From Octopus vulgaris (Eukaryota), in the NCBI GenBank assembly GCA_951406725.2, contig OX597818.1, positions 75,826,001 through 75,890,000 of the forward strand: a DNA stretch of 64,000 nucleotides, read 5' to 3'. Positions 44,339 to 58,624 of the stretch are shown here, piece after piece (positions within the stretch are counted from its first letter, which is position 1; each line of letters begins with the position of its first letter). Under the pieces are notes generated by a model. The model searched no databases, had not been told where the DNA came from, and saw only the letters and a program-made list of their open reading frames with translations. The position numbers were made by a program, and so were the translations under genes.

Positions 44339-47300
44339 GTAAGCAGTCTTAATATCTATTAAATGTACATTTTTAATGTTTATTTTTTGTCTCATAATTT
44401 TTCTGTATTCCATTTGCAGTTTTAATTATAATTTTTCTCTTATTCAAACATTTCCTTTACAGCATTCTAGATTTCTTTTAATATATAATTCTACTTAATA
44501 ATTAACTTCTCCTCCTCGCTATGTATTTAACCGTTCTTTATGTCATATATTTATATTTGTATATATATTTAATTTACTAACTTAAATCATATTGAAACAA
44601 ACTATGAAAGTCTTATTTAAAACACAAGGTTAAGTTAGACATACAAGTTAACATCTACCATAACTATCAATGACCTTCCTCTTATATTCAACTTTATTAA
44701 ATGACATAAAAAAAATAAATAAGAGTAACGTTCTGGTTTCAAATCACGCCGATGTCGTCTTTCACCTTATTTCAATAACACAACTAACTCTCAAAAGATT
44801 GGAGGTTGAATCAGTTACCTCTATTTTTAACCCTCCAAATCAACCTTTTAATAATAATAAATGACAAGTATTACTGTTCATCAAATTCACTTAAGCTACA
44901 TATGAAAATAGATAACACACATGTATATATTTAATCGGCAGTTTGATGAGTGGCATGCACATACACATATGTACTCAGACACATACAACACACGTTGTGT
45001 TTAATTAGGACTGTGGTTGTCCCTTAATTCCCAGGCCTATCTTAATCGTGCAGGTGTATAATCCGAGGTATTCTAACCGTGGCCATATAATCTATATAGA
45101 ACTACATTCTCTCGTGTGTCCTTCCCAATTTTTTTAAGGCGGTAGTGGTTATTTCTAGTAGGTTAAATAACTATGTCGAAGCTTCGTTTTTGCTCGTTAA
45201 CTGAATAGTTATTTATGTCTGTTACTTTATCAGACTTTTCAATAACGTTGTATCTTCTGATGGACTGAATTTTTTTATACAAAGGGAAACATCAGAATTT
45301 TGGAATAAATACGAAGGAAGTCTTTCCGATAGGTTGATTATATGCTTGGTTAAAAGTACATTAAGACAGAATAGAGGTTGAAGGTTTCACGTCCTTGGAA
45401 ATAAGGAGACCTGTTAAAGACTCGAGCTCTTTGGTTAAATCTTAGCGTGCATCGGTTGTAGATCAGTAAAAAACATAACGGTGGTGTATACCATCACAAG
45501 AATCACAATAAACATTGATAACAAAAAAAATGTTCATGTGTTCAGTACATGCTGAAATACCCTACCGCGCAACACGTAACCTTGTTATCAGACACTTCGA
45601 ATAGTACGAAAGTAAAAACCGAAGATCCATCCCTTTTACAGAAATCTGGCGACTAGGGTATATATTCTTATAGACAAAAGGAACACCGAAAAGGTTAAAC
45701 ATTCTTGTACTGTTAGTTTTTGCTGCCTTTCTATTTTACTTTGGGTACGTTTTCTTTTCCGCCAAAGTAATTCCGCTTTTTAACAGTTTCATTCAGCTCG
45801 ATACCCACCTTATTATAGCTAGCTATAAGTTTAGAGGAGATAAGGAATTTACAAAGTAGCTAAGAAATGAACCAAGTATCGCTGGTTTCAATGGTGTACA
45901 CTTCAGTATTCAAAAAGTTATAGTTGCACAACAGTCGTGGTTATTTATTACAAGCTCTCACACAGGGAAAAATTTGTATTGAGGATCTTGTCCAAGGACA
46001 GTATTCAAGAGCTACAGATAAGGCTCAACGAAGAATTACAGATTTATGTATAACATTTGGAAAGTTATTGTTAGAATATTTGCAAATTCTTTGTGTTCTC
46101 TTTGTGGTGCACAGGTGCTGACCCATCCCTGATGTTGTCTGGGTTGTAAATAATGTAATTTGTAAATATAAAAAGAAAAAGATGCCTTAAGTGACTCGAG
46201 CGACTGACCACAGAAAATACGTATGTGGCTCTTATGTAAGTCGGATGTAAAGAGAAAGAAACGAGAAGCAGAGAAAGTTAAAAAACGAAATTGTTAGTTA
46301 TCAAGCGAAAAACGAACTTTATATACGCCTTCCAAATTATGAAAGTGGATGTTACGAAAGACAGAAGCTTATAAAAAGCTAACTAAAATAAACAAAAACA
46401 ATATAATGGAAAGCTCTTGTACTGTTTTTTTAAAACCTTATTACAAGCGAGAAATATCTCGCGCATATTTACTAATATTTGTAATTTGGAGCTAAGATCA
46501 TCCCGTTTTTACTTCTGGTTATTTTTTTAGGACACTGTCTTCAAATTTATCACAGTGAAACTTGGATATGTAAAAATATTCCCTTCAAGTATTCTTTTAA
46601 TCAGAACATTGAAAATGTTAAATTGGCAGTCAGGACATCAGACAGTATTTAGTACATCCTTTTGCCTTCTCAGTTCAAATCTTATGGAGGTCAGTTTTGT
46701 CTTTCATCCTTCTGGAACTGATAAAATAAAATACCCATCAAATAATGGTTTCAAATTTTGGCACAGAGCCAGCAGTTTTTGAGGGGAGAGGGAAGTCGAT
46801 TACATTGACACCTATACTTGACTGGTACTTCTCTTAACCCTGAAAGGCTAAAAGGCAAAGTTACCCTCAGCAGAATTTGAACTCAGAATGTAAGGACAAA
46901 TGGAATGCCACTAAGCATTTTGCCTTAAATACCCATCCATAGAAAATCTGCATCAATAAACTCCAACCTATGCAAGCATAGAAAAGTGGACATAAAAACG
47001 ATGATATAATGTGTCATCTGCTTTGAAACCATCATGTGCCCCTTGGGAACCTTTAACAGAATCCACTTTACTGCAAGTATTTGGATCAGGTCACTAGTCT
47101 AAGGATAGTCTGCTCTTGCCTTTCATGGAGACCTTGAAAAGACCAGTGGCACTGCTGTGTCTTCCTCAGGCTAAGCTAATAGAATATCTGGGGCTAATTT
47201 GGAACTAAACATCTACATTCCACCATTTGTTGAATTTAGTTTGAAGCATGTTTAGTTGATAAGTGCTAAGATGTGATTTAAGGGATATTTGGTTGCTATA

Positions 47301-48927
47301 TCTAGCAGGTCGAGTGGTCACATAGAAGCTCCTTTGTTAGCTCACCATGTGTTCAGTTGGTCATCATAGCAGTCCAAATGTAGCCAAATTAATCACAGTA
47401 TAATTGTAAATCCCTGTAGATGTTGACATGTTTTATGAAACTGGTAAAAGATAGTGAAGCCTTAATACTGTTGATAGTGACTTTATATTGTTGCTGTATA
47501 TCTGCTATACACAATATTCCTGAGCACCAATTTTTATTATACATATTTAAATAATCCTTTCTACTAAAGGTACAAGGCCTGAAATTGTGAGGGAGTGGAC
47601 AAGTCATTTACTTTGGCTCCAGTGTTTCACTGGTACTTAATTTATCAACCCCTGCCACTAAGCATTTTGCCCAGTATACTAATGATTCTGCCAGCTTGCT
47701 GCCTTATACACATTTTAATAATGCACCACCACAGCCCCTGGCACCAAATTTCATGTCTCTAATGCAGAATTTAGCATAACAGTATCAGAAATATACAAGT
47801 CCTCAATGATGGAGTCTCTCTAAGGTTACACAACCTGCTAGAAATAACAACCTAATCTCTCTCTAACTACACACTACCATATGATAAATTAGATAATGCA
47901 GTCTTAGATATATGGGCTGAATAAAAGGTAAGATGTTCTCATTTGGAAATCTTGATCATAAGTAAGTGGATTTAATATTAAAACAACATAAATCTTTATA
48001 TATTGTCTCTCCTCCTAATGGAACTATCAATTATATGCTAAACTAATATTAATTATTAACCCCATGACATTGGTTGACAAATTTATGTGCACTGTGTACT
48101 TACTTTAAATCAGAAGGCATAAATATCCACTGCCCTGGTTTTTGTACCAGTTAACATAATTATCAACTATCGTTCACAGAGTTGATAACAGAGGCTACCA
48201 TGCACATTTGAAGGAATTTGATAGGTTTGTTAGAGTCTTCATGTAAATATTTCCAATTAGTTTGGGTATTTGCTGACTTACCAATTATATTTTAATGCAG
48301 CCATATTTGTTAAGTTGTATAGAATGCAACATAATCCAGAAGAAAACTATGAGATCATGTTGGATCTGTTCAGATAAAATTGGAGGAAAATTGTTTGAGA
48401 AAAAAAGTGTTTCTCCTTCACTCCATATTTGGTTGGTCTTGGTAAAAGTTAATTAGATGACTGTTTTGAAATGTAACTGAAATGTATATGTTGGGCATCA
48501 TGAAACTAAGCTTGTATCAAAGACAAAATCTAGGTTTTCACTAACTTATTTTATAAATTATCTTGATTTCTACATATTTTTGAGCAAGTTATACCCCACA
48601 TGATTTCACATTTTTGTTTTGCTAGCATTTAAACTGGATATATCCAGCCAAAATGTTTCACCTGATTTATGTTCATACTGGTCAGATCTGACATCTCATA
48701 CCTTCCCTACAATGTCATTCTAAAAGTAATCACATCAAAACCTTGAAGTTATAAGATAATTTATGATGAATTCAAAACAATGTGGATAAATAAGCATTAC
48801 ATTTGACATCTTAACCTGAATGATAAAGGGTTAAATTAAAGTTCAATGAATTTTATACTTTGTTGGATTCTTTTTGTTCACCATTTATGAACGTTTATAA
48901 TAATGATTCCTTTTAACAGCTGCCAAG

Positions 48928-49094
48928 ATGTTTCCCAGAATCCTCAGTGGTGTCAACAGTGTCTCTCGAGTGATCAGCAATGCTGCACAGCGTAACATTG
49001 GGCTTTCTGCTCCAGCTTTGCAGACTGCAGCAGCACTTGACCCCATCCAACAGTTATTTGTTACCAAAGTCAGGGAATATGCCAACAAAAGCAA
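48928..49094 (+). CDS. ATP5PF: ATP synthase coupling factor 6, mitochondrial: first coding exon
   Basis: Acceptor ttttaacag|c at 48920 and Kozak gccaagATG. Encodes MFPRILSGVNSVSRVISNAAQRNIGLSAPALQTAAALDPIQQLFVTKVREYANKS(K), with a transit peptide and the F6 motifs RNIG and LDPIQxLFVxKxREY. Donor AA|GTAAGT, phase 2. Confidence 0.95.
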
Positions 49095-50460
49095 GTAAGT
49101 TAAGTTAATCTGAAGAGTTGTTTCCTCTACCAAAGAACAACATTGTACACCTTAATCTTCATTACCATTATCATTGTTTTATGGCTACTTTCTATGGTTG
49201 TATGACTTGGGCAGGTTTTCACAATTCAGGTCAGTTCTTACTCGGAGCAACTGCCCTCTTAGGCATAATCAGAAGACCACACCTCACTTATGTGTTTCAT
49301 TTCAGCATGATTTCTACTACCACTGTACAGTGTTCTGGGTGCATTTTTTGTAACCCAACAGAGTGGTTGTTATGTCCTTTACAGGATAAGATAATAGCAG
49401 TGGTTCTCAACCAAGGTCCCCATGACCCCTGGAGGGCTACAATAGTATTTTAGAGGTTAATCAATAAAGGTGATAGAAGAGGATTTTTGAGAAAGATGAA
49501 CTAAGGTTAGAGGGAAGAGGAAAATAGAGTATACAGGTGGATGATGGTGTGGAAGGGTAGGGATAAATGAGAGACAATGCTGAAAAGTAATGGGGGAGAG
49601 ATATTAAAGGCAGGGTGTAATAAGAATGACACTAATAGTACACACTGTAAAATTCATTGTCTCTAACAGCGTGATAGCACAGTCAAACTGTCCAACCCAT
49701 GCCAACATGGACAACAGGCGTTAAATGATGATGATGATACACATACAAACTCACATGCCTAAGTGTTTTCCAACAGATGTCAACCATTACAATGCAGGGT
49801 TTGAGAGTGCTCTTTAGTCTTCCTCATGGTACACCCACCTCTGCAATGTTATAGTATTTATTTCATTGACTTTTTCGCAATAAAAAGTATGGCTGTGTGG
49901 TTATGAAGTTGGTTTCCCAACTAGATGGTCTCAGGTTCGGTCCCACTGCATGGTACCTTGGGCAAGTGTCTTCTAACCAAAGCTATGTGAGTAAATTTTG
50001 GAGACGGAAACTGAAAGAAACCCATCATATGTGTGTGTGTGTGTATATATATATATATGAAAAATCCCTACATATTTTTTCTCTCTCTTTTTCCTCTCAA
50101 TCCTTTTTGTCAAAAAGCATAGGCTCAAAACGCCAAAGACTTTTCCATTCTTAAACTAATACACTTACTTGTTGTTCCTTCATTTATCTTCATCTTTTGT
50201 TTTTTGTAAATTTGAACTCTGTGTGTGTGTGCATTTGTGTGTACCCTTGTTTTGACATCATGTGATAATGGTAAACAATATCACTGTGATACAAGTGATG
50301 TTCTTCACCTTCAATCTTTCATGGAAAATATAACTGGCCATTGAAACAAGTAATGGTTAGCAGCAGGAAGGACATCTAGATGTTGAAAATCTGCTTCAAC
50401 AAAATTCCGTTTGACTTACACAAACATGGAAAAGTCAACATTAAATGATTTTAACAAAAA

Positions 50461-50498
50461 CTGTCCGACGAACGGGAACGTGAAACTCCGAGTAACAG
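50461..50498 (+). ncRNA. Type I hammerhead-like motif with U4C core, Penelope-associated
   Basis: CTGT-CCGACGA-ACG(ggaa)CGT-GAAA-CTCCGAG-TA-ACAG. A decayed inverted copy lies at 50780-50817. Confidence 0.65.
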
Positions 50499-50555
50499 GT
50501 TTTGTTGAATTTCTGCTGCTTTTAAATAAAGTATATATATATATATATATATATA

Positions 50556-50757
50556 TCATCATCATCATCATCATTTAGCATCCGCTTTCCATGCTAGCAT
50601 GGGTTGGACGGTTCAACTGGGGTCTGGGAAGCCAGAAGGATGCATCAGGCCCAGTCTGATCTGGCAGTGTTTCTAAGGCTGGATGCCCTTCCTAACACCA
50701 ACCACTCCGTGAGTGTAGTGGGTGCTTTTTACATGCCACTGGCATGGGGTCCAGGCG
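50556..50757 (-). mobile_element. RTE-tailed SINE-like element, 3' part
   Basis: (CAT)n then ccgctttccatgctagcatgggttggacgg...ggatgcccttcctaac. Same family as 29163-29330 and ~41888-42046. Confidence 0.88.
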
Positions 50758-50758
50758 A

Positions 50759-53700
50759 GCAGCAGAAATTTAACAAAAGCTGTTACTTGGAGTTTCACGT
50801 TCCCATTTGTCGGACAGTTTTGTTAAAATAGAACCGAGATGACAATTCTATAAAGACTAGTATATACGAAACACCTTTAAAAATGGATTTGTTTGATTGG
50901 TCCTTTCAAATAAGCCATATGTGAGCAATAAACAAAACAAATGAATGAGTTCAATATAAAATTATAAAAATCGAGGAAAAAACCTTAAATTGAAGATTTG
51001 ATTCAAATACATATTGTTATTAATACTGTAGAAAATATAATTCAATTAATACAATTAATACATAAAAATTGAAATTAAAATATATTAAAATATTTCACAA
51101 CAGTACATACTCATACTAAACCATCAATATACATGTATACATCAAATACACAAATAGATGTGCGCAGACCACATACATATACAGACATATAAATGCAAAA
51201 CGAAAATATACACACATATACATGTACACATTTGTATACGCAATCTTGCTTGCATGCAAAAATCACTTGGTGTATACATATAGACTATAAGTAAAACCCA
51301 GGGAAGGGGAAGAAACGAAAAGGTAACGATCTTGTAAGCAACAGAAAGCTAAAGACGTGACTAAGAGAGGGGGGGGGGGCGGCGTAAAGTTACAGGACTC
51401 TATACGAATAGGGAGAGAGAAAAAAAAAATAACGAAAGAAAGAAAAAACTCTGACTATACGTAACGAATATTCATAAGATAAAATTACATATACATGTGT
51501 ATATAAAGTATGTAAGCAGTAAATACACATATAAGAACGCATATGACAAGTATGTAAACACACATCCACACAAGTCCAAGTGAATACATGGATACACATA
51601 CATTCATGTATGTATGTGCATAAGTACAAACATACACTCTCACTTACACATATACATAGATGCATGCTTACAAATACATATGCATGCCAATACAAATATT
51701 CACATATTCTAGGATCTGACGTATATACAAACAACATTATTTTTTTAAAAATTGCTGAGTGCATAATAATAAAAATTTTAGATAAAAGACATGCAAAATA
51801 TAACACCCCATATTGGATTATCTATAAATTAAATTACCAAAGTGAGTTTATACAATACAATAAAATGAAATAAACTAAGTCGAAGGTTTTTTCTTAAGAA
51901 ATATATCGAAATATATACAAAACTTTGCGATGCGGAATAAAACCTGCATAATGTGAAACAAATCCAACAGTGTGATCAAAAACTAGTCCAAGAATCAAAA
52001 AACAAAATATACGCTATCCATATGGGATATTGATATTCGACATTTTGAATTTGGTTGCATGCATGCATGAGTTCAAAAGTTCGCTTCTTTGATTCAAAGA
52101 ATTAATGTCTTGGAATAACATGAAATATTTTTCTAATAAACAAAGATCGCATTTGAAATTCCTCCTATGCGCCCCATGCCTGTATGGTGCCGCTCTATCT
52201 AGAATGCTCCATGACATGTTGAAAGGTCGGATTTCTTTCTCTTTTAGTTCCCAGGCATATTTCGCCAGGTTGGTCTTCGTCTTATTTTCTGGGTATCGAA
52301 AGGAATTTTTGTGCGAATAAAATTGGGTTTTAAAAGAATTTTCAAAAGCCTCTGTATCTCTCTATATATAAAACTGAGAATGTGTGTCTGTCTGTCTGTG
52401 TGTTTCCCTAAAACTTGAGAACTACACAACCAATTTCATTCAAATTTTACACATGCCTTACTTTGGGTCCATGTAGTTTCGTGGGCAAAAAAATGTTCAA
52501 CTTCTTGCCTAGGGCGAGCCCATAGCAATATCATATCTTCTCCATTATTTCAGTATTACGTGTTAAAAGTGAAACAAAAACATTTCTCTATTTTATGTCA
52601 GATACTTTCACTTTAACAATTGAATTATATGTAGTAAGTAATAATTAAAATCAAACTAAAGTATAATATAATCGTAACATAACAAAAGTAAAAATAGCAA
52701 TTGGTATAAAATTGCATCAATGACTTGAACTTGAATAAGTGGTTTCACATGAATGGAAATAAATTAAAAATAAAATTAGCGTGCAGAAATGGAATAGTCC
52801 AGATGGAGCTGTGCACATACCGTTTACCACGGCTTTTACATTAGATTATCTGCTAATTAGCTAGCATTAAGTATCTATATGAAATTTGGCTGTATGTAAT
52901 GTCTGTTTTCTCGAACAGCCACTTCTACTGAGTACTGCTGTTGGTTTATTTCTTATACATAAAGGACTATAGTTTCAACTGTGTACTGCTTTTTGATTCA
53001 CCGTAGAGTTTGTTATTATTACTGTTTAACTATTGTTATCACATTTGTTGGTTCCTCGTAAGGGAAACGTTGTTGTGTTGCATTTGTTAAATAATTGTAA
53101 ACTGTAACCCTCCCCCTTCGGGAGAACGAGCTTTGGTTATTGTTTAAAAATTGAATTGTGTCCCTGTTTGGGGAAATTGACAATATTTTCACCGTTTACA
53201 CTGAAGCATTTTTGTTAGAATGCCTTCAATAGAAGAAACTTCAAAAATGAATTTCGCTGCAGCCGTCGGCGGGTGCGAACTCATTAAAATTAAAATGGAA
53301 GAAATACAAACCTATTTCGGATTGATCACCGACAAAGACGGTGAATCTAGGATAACACCACCAAACAAAATAAAAAATTAAATTAAAGGAAAGACTATTG
53401 TCTATAAAGTATACAATGTAGAGAAAAAATAAGATTTGAACACCTGGAGGAAAGCACCATCGAAAAATGTCTTGGTGCGTTTATGAAAGATATCTAACCA
53501 GAGGCGGTAAATTCGCCACAATAGAAGCAAGGTTCGAGTCAACGGAGCGTGCAAGTGAGTACTTGACTTGAACCTTGCAGAGTGGAAATATTTTATTTTT
53601 ACCTTTATATCTGGGACGTAGGACGTCCCGGATAAAAATTTAAAATGTCCCCCCAGAAGTAGAGGTAGGCTGGATTGTAGCCACACTTCTATACAAGAGG

Positions 53701-53954
53701 GAGGACAAGATACAATTGATCGAAATTGCAAGAGACGGGCCTACAATTCCAGTCTGTTATATATTTTGAGTATTGTTATCACTAGCGATATCAAGATATA
53801 ACTTTGTATTTTATGTGTAGTTGTATATATATAGATGTACATGTAATATGTACACGTATATACATGCACTAGCACTATAATGCTAGTAAGTCCTATATTC
53901 AGGTGAGCCTTCTATTTGCACTTTGGCTCTATATATGACTCCTTTTTCCAAACA
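50759..53954 (-). mobile_element. Penelope-like element 3' portion: GIY-YIG endonuclease (53954-53887 joined to 52356-52014) plus presumed 3' UTR ending in a hammerhead motif
   Basis: With the Helitron removed the frame reads CLEKGVIYRAKVQIEGSPEYRTYTEAFENSFKTQFYSHKNSF...NLAKYAWELK...WSILDRAAPY...CDLCLLEKYF...LNQRSELLNSCMH, typical of PLE GIY-YIG C-termini. Confidence 0.85.
52357..53886 (+). mobile_element. Non-autonomous Helitron, 1530 bp
   Basis: A|TCTCTCTATATATAAAACTGAG ... TGCTAG|T. Removing it restores the Penelope reading frame exactly. Confidence 0.9.
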
Positions 53955-56900
53955 TTTATATATATATATATATACATATACAAACACAACACTTATACAT
54001 ACATACACCCTATGATGTTCTGTAAGTTGAGTTCATGTTCTAATAGACATATTCATGGCGCAATTGCTTTAAAGGGAAGACAACTGGTCGCACACATGTA
54101 TGTATGTTTGTGTGTGTGTGTGTTTTCATAGATTGAAAACTAAAGCATGGCCCATAACTTTGCTTACTTCAGTGATATTGTAGCAGCCCCAGTAGAAGTT
54201 CAGTGCTGCAATTCATGTTGCAGTCATACATCTCTTTTTCCCAGCGTTGTTCCTCCATCGACCTAGTAGATTTAGACAAGTAAGATTAACTGTTCAGTGG
54301 AGGTGTTGTAGGACTTCTGTGGAATGCCATTGCAATCTGGACATAATGTTTGACTATTTCTGCAACTCAAATTATATCCTCAGTTGCTATCTCTTGTTTT
54401 TTTCTATTATTGAAACTTGCATGAATTTTCCATTGGATTTTGGGTAACAGAGTAGGCTTTAATTTTTCATTTCATTGACATTTTTGTGATAATTTGTGGT
54501 ATGAATGTATGACTTAAGTATTTTTGTCTGAGGATGTAGTGACAACAAAACGTCCCTACTCTTTCTGCTTTGTTGAGCAATTAGTGGAAAAAGCATCCAA
54601 CTGTAAATAAAATGGCTCTAAGTGCTATGCAAATGTCAAAATTTGTGTTTCTCAACCATATTAGTATACAGAATTAGACATTTAAGTGTTGTGAGTGCAT
54701 TTTTTTGTGACCCAACACTAGAATGGTCATTATGTCCTTTACAGGATAAGATTATAGCAATGATTTTTCAACCAAGATCCATATGACCCCTGGAGGTCTA
54801 TAATAGTATTTTAGAAGTTAACCAATTGTTTAATGTCCATTTTCCATACTGGCATGGCCTGAGACTGCCCTCCCCCCCTCTCTCTCTCTCCAGAGTCTAT
54901 GATATACATTTTCTGTTATAAAATTATCTAAATTAAACCCTTCGATTAAAATTTCATGCTAATTTATGTTCCAAACATCTATTTAACAATTACAGAGTTA
55001 TTTCACTAAATTATTAATTATTTTCAAAGTTATTTGAAACAAAAGCAGTGTATTTTAACAGAAATATAGTAACAAAAGGGTTGAATAGAATTCTATATAA
55101 ACATACAATATTTATAACAGCTACAGGGTACTGCAAAACTAATTAATCTAGAATATTTCTAAATATTTTGTGAATTGAGATCTAAAATTGGTTTTTGTTT
55201 TTGTAGAGTCATTTAAGTCATCAATATTCTCATCATCATCATTTAATGTCCGCTTTCCATGCTAGCATGAATTAGATGATTTGACTGGAACTGGCAAGCC
55301 AGAGAGTTGCACCAGGGTCCAGTCTGACTTTGGCTTGGTTTGTACAGCTAGATGCCCTTCCTAATGCCAACTGCTCTGAGAGTAGTGGGTGCCTTTTGTG
55401 TGTCACTGGCACCAGCCACAACTACGATTTCACTTAATTTGATGAGTCTTCTCAAGCACAGCAAATTGCCAAAAGTCATGGTCACTTGTTATTGCCTCTG
55501 TGAGACCCCATATTCAAAGATTATGCTTCATAACCTCATCCCATGTCTTCCTGGATCTACCTCATTCACAGGTTCCCTCCATTGTTAGAGATAGACAGAT
55601 AGACACTTCTTTAAGCAACTGTCCTCATAAACATGAAATATTTAATCCAAATCTAACTTGACTGTGAGGATTGTATAGTGTTTGTAAAAAGAAGATGCAG
55701 TCTTAATAATTATTTTAAATGAATATAGTATTAAAATGTTTGAGCTAAATTCTTAGTATATGAACTGCAATCAAGAGAGACAGGTAAGCAAAGGGATGAC
55801 CTTTTCTATGAGGCTCTCTTGTAGATTACCATGATAGTGAATGACAGTGCATTCATTACAACAGCTGGTGGCATTGATTGGTGTGCTGAGACCAACACAG
55901 TGGGTTCAGATGTTGTTTGGATGCTACAAGGAGTGAGAAGGAATCGTTATGCAAATGGTCTAACTGTTTGTCAAATTAACTTCAAGAAACTGTCCAAGCA
56001 CCTGATAACCTACCATTCAAGTGAACTTACAAACCAGTTAGACTTTATATTCACCAGGAAATGAGATATGGTTTTGAATACTAAGCTCATCTTTGGTAAG
56101 AAAATACCAATCAGCATAACTAGTGTTCACAAGGTAAGAGCTGGATGAACTCATAATCACAGGATATTTTGGAGAATAGAAATATGGAAGTTGAAGGATC
56201 CTCTGTCAGATAAAGGTTTAAAATACTAGCTGACATGTAGGAGGCAGAAACTTATAATAGAAGAACTGGGAATTTTTGTGAAGATAATTTGTTGTGACTA
56301 GGGTTTCTGCTTCTTCTCTCAATCCCCTGGTCACTCACCCTTCCCTCTTCCTGCTCTGCCTCTACTATCCCTTCTTGCCCATCCTCTACTTCAACACTCC
56401 CCCACTGAACCACCTACTTGGCCTTCTTCATCCAGTCTACCCTTAAATTCCCTGCATTATGACCCAAAATGTTAGATGCCAATCTCTCCACACTGAATAC
56501 AAGCCAGATTTATGGTAATGTTTATTTGCATCAACTTCTTAACTTTTTGCACATTCCATCTGCCAACATTATAACTGTTACATAATTCTGAGCCCCCAGA
56601 AACAGCTGTTGAGCCTGAAATGCCATCCCTTCTCTTAGTTTTCTGTATTTTTTGTGCTCCATGTAAATCTGTTCTGTAAATATATTAATATCTATATGCT
56701 TATACATGAATGTTCATTAACCAAATATTTTCAGTTTTTGTTCCCATCTATATTTACTCCTGTCTCCTATATACATTTACATGTATATATGTTTGTATAT
56801 TTTATATATCAAGCCCAAGTGTGTTTGTTTATCTTCATATCACCTCACCTGGATTCCTCTTAAAGTCACTCTTTAACCCATGGACTTAGTCCTTGATAAA

Positions 56901-57279
56901 GATTTTGGAATATATGTTCAAATCATTTGAGCACTATAAGTTTTCTATATTGAGCATCTCTGGATTTCACATCATCATCATTGTTTAATATCTGCCTTCC
57001 ATGCTAGTATTATGTTATTCTTTGATGAGGTATTTAGGTAACAAGAAATATTCTTTGTTGGACTCACAGTTATTGATTAAAGTACATATATTCATGTTGG
57101 GTGGACAGAAACTATATGGAAGCTTGTTGGGTACATTGTACCTGTGATTCAAAAGTCACACTCAGTGTTATGCTGTTTCAGCCAAGAGCAGGTAATTCAG
57201 CTGATTAGACAACTGATTGCTCATTCCTGTATCATGGAAATCCATCATGTGTGTATGTGTGGTGCCTGAGTGAAGCACC

Positions 57280-58576
57280 ACTGATACTATATTTCTGGTA
57301 AGTCAGCTGCAGGAGAAATACATAGCCAAAGATAAACCTCTGTACTTGGCTTTTGTTAACTTGGAGAAAGCCTTTGACGGGGTCCTCTGATCTCTTATCT
57401 GGTGGTTAATGTGGAAACTAGGGATAGATGAGTGGCTGATGAGAGCTGTACAAGCCATGTACAGAGACACTACCAGTAAGGTGAGAGTTGGCAATGTGTA
57501 CAGCAAAGAATTCAGGGTACTAGTAGGGGTTCACCAAGGATCAGTATTCAGCTCCCTCTTGTTCATCACAGTCCTCCAGGCAATAACAGAGGAATTTAAG
57601 ACAAGCTGCCCTGGGAGCTCCTCTATGCTGATGACCTTGTTCTTATAGCTGAATCACTACCAGAACTAGAGTAGTAGTTCCAGGTATAGAAGCAAAGTTT
57701 AGAATTGAAGGACCTTAAAGTTAACCTAGCAAAAAACCAAAGTCTTAGTAAGTTGGAGTCTGAAATGCCATCCCTTCAGGTAGATGGCCCTACTCAATCT
57801 GTAGAAAAGGCGTGAGTAGAAACTCCAAGAGATGCACCCTGTATAATCTTCAAACACATAAGAGATGTAGCAATACCAGAGTAAGGTTAACAGGGAAAAC
57901 AGCTTTTGTCTGTAGAAGATGCACAGGTACAATAAACACCAAAAATGTACAGAAAATAGACTTCACTAAATGTCAGTGGGGTAAACTAGAGGTAGTAGAT
58001 AGCTTCTGTTATCTAGGTAACCAAGTTAGCAGTGGAGGTGGATGCTCCAAGAGTGTAGCTGTGAGAATAAGATTAGGTTGGGCAAAGTTCAGAAAACTCC
58101 TACTCCTGCTAGCAACAAAGGACCTGTCTCTCAGAGTGAAAGGCAGATTGTATGATGCCTGTGTACAAACAGCTATGTCACATGGCAGTGAAATATGGGC
58201 TGTAACAGCCAAGGACATGCGTAAGCTTGAAAGAAGTGAAACCAGTATACTTTGCTGGTTGTACAATGTCAGTATGTCTGTTCAACAGTGTGTAAACATC
58301 TTGAGGGAAAAGTTGGGCATAAGAGGCATCAGATGTGGTGTGCAAGAGAGACGACTGTGCTGGTATGGTCATGTGATGTGGATGGACAAGAGCAGCTGTG
58401 TAAAGAAGTGCCAATCTCTAACTGTGGAGGTAACCTGTGGTAGAGGTAGACCCAGGAAGACATGGGACAAGGTGATGAAGTATGAGCTTCTAACTTTGAG
58501 CCTTGCAGAGGCAATTACTAGTGACCAAGACTTTTGGTGGTATGCTGTGCTTGAGAAGGCCATCTCAATATTATAA
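57280..58576 (+). mobile_element. Degenerate RTE-clade LINE, RT and C-terminal region (endonuclease remnants at ~55770-56290)
   Basis: LAFVNLEKAFD, GVHQGSVFSSLLF, LYADDLVLI, FCYLG, RRLCWYGHV and RGRPRKTW, with stops and frameshifts. Confidence 0.92.
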
Positions 58577-58593
58577 CAGCAAAGAATTCAGGA

Positions 58594-58624
<31 letters not shown>

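Noticed and set aside
56585-56615. GAAA followed by palindromic CAGCTG, resembling a hammerhead stem III
   Set aside because: No parsable core or stems I and II upstream; at most a decayed relic.
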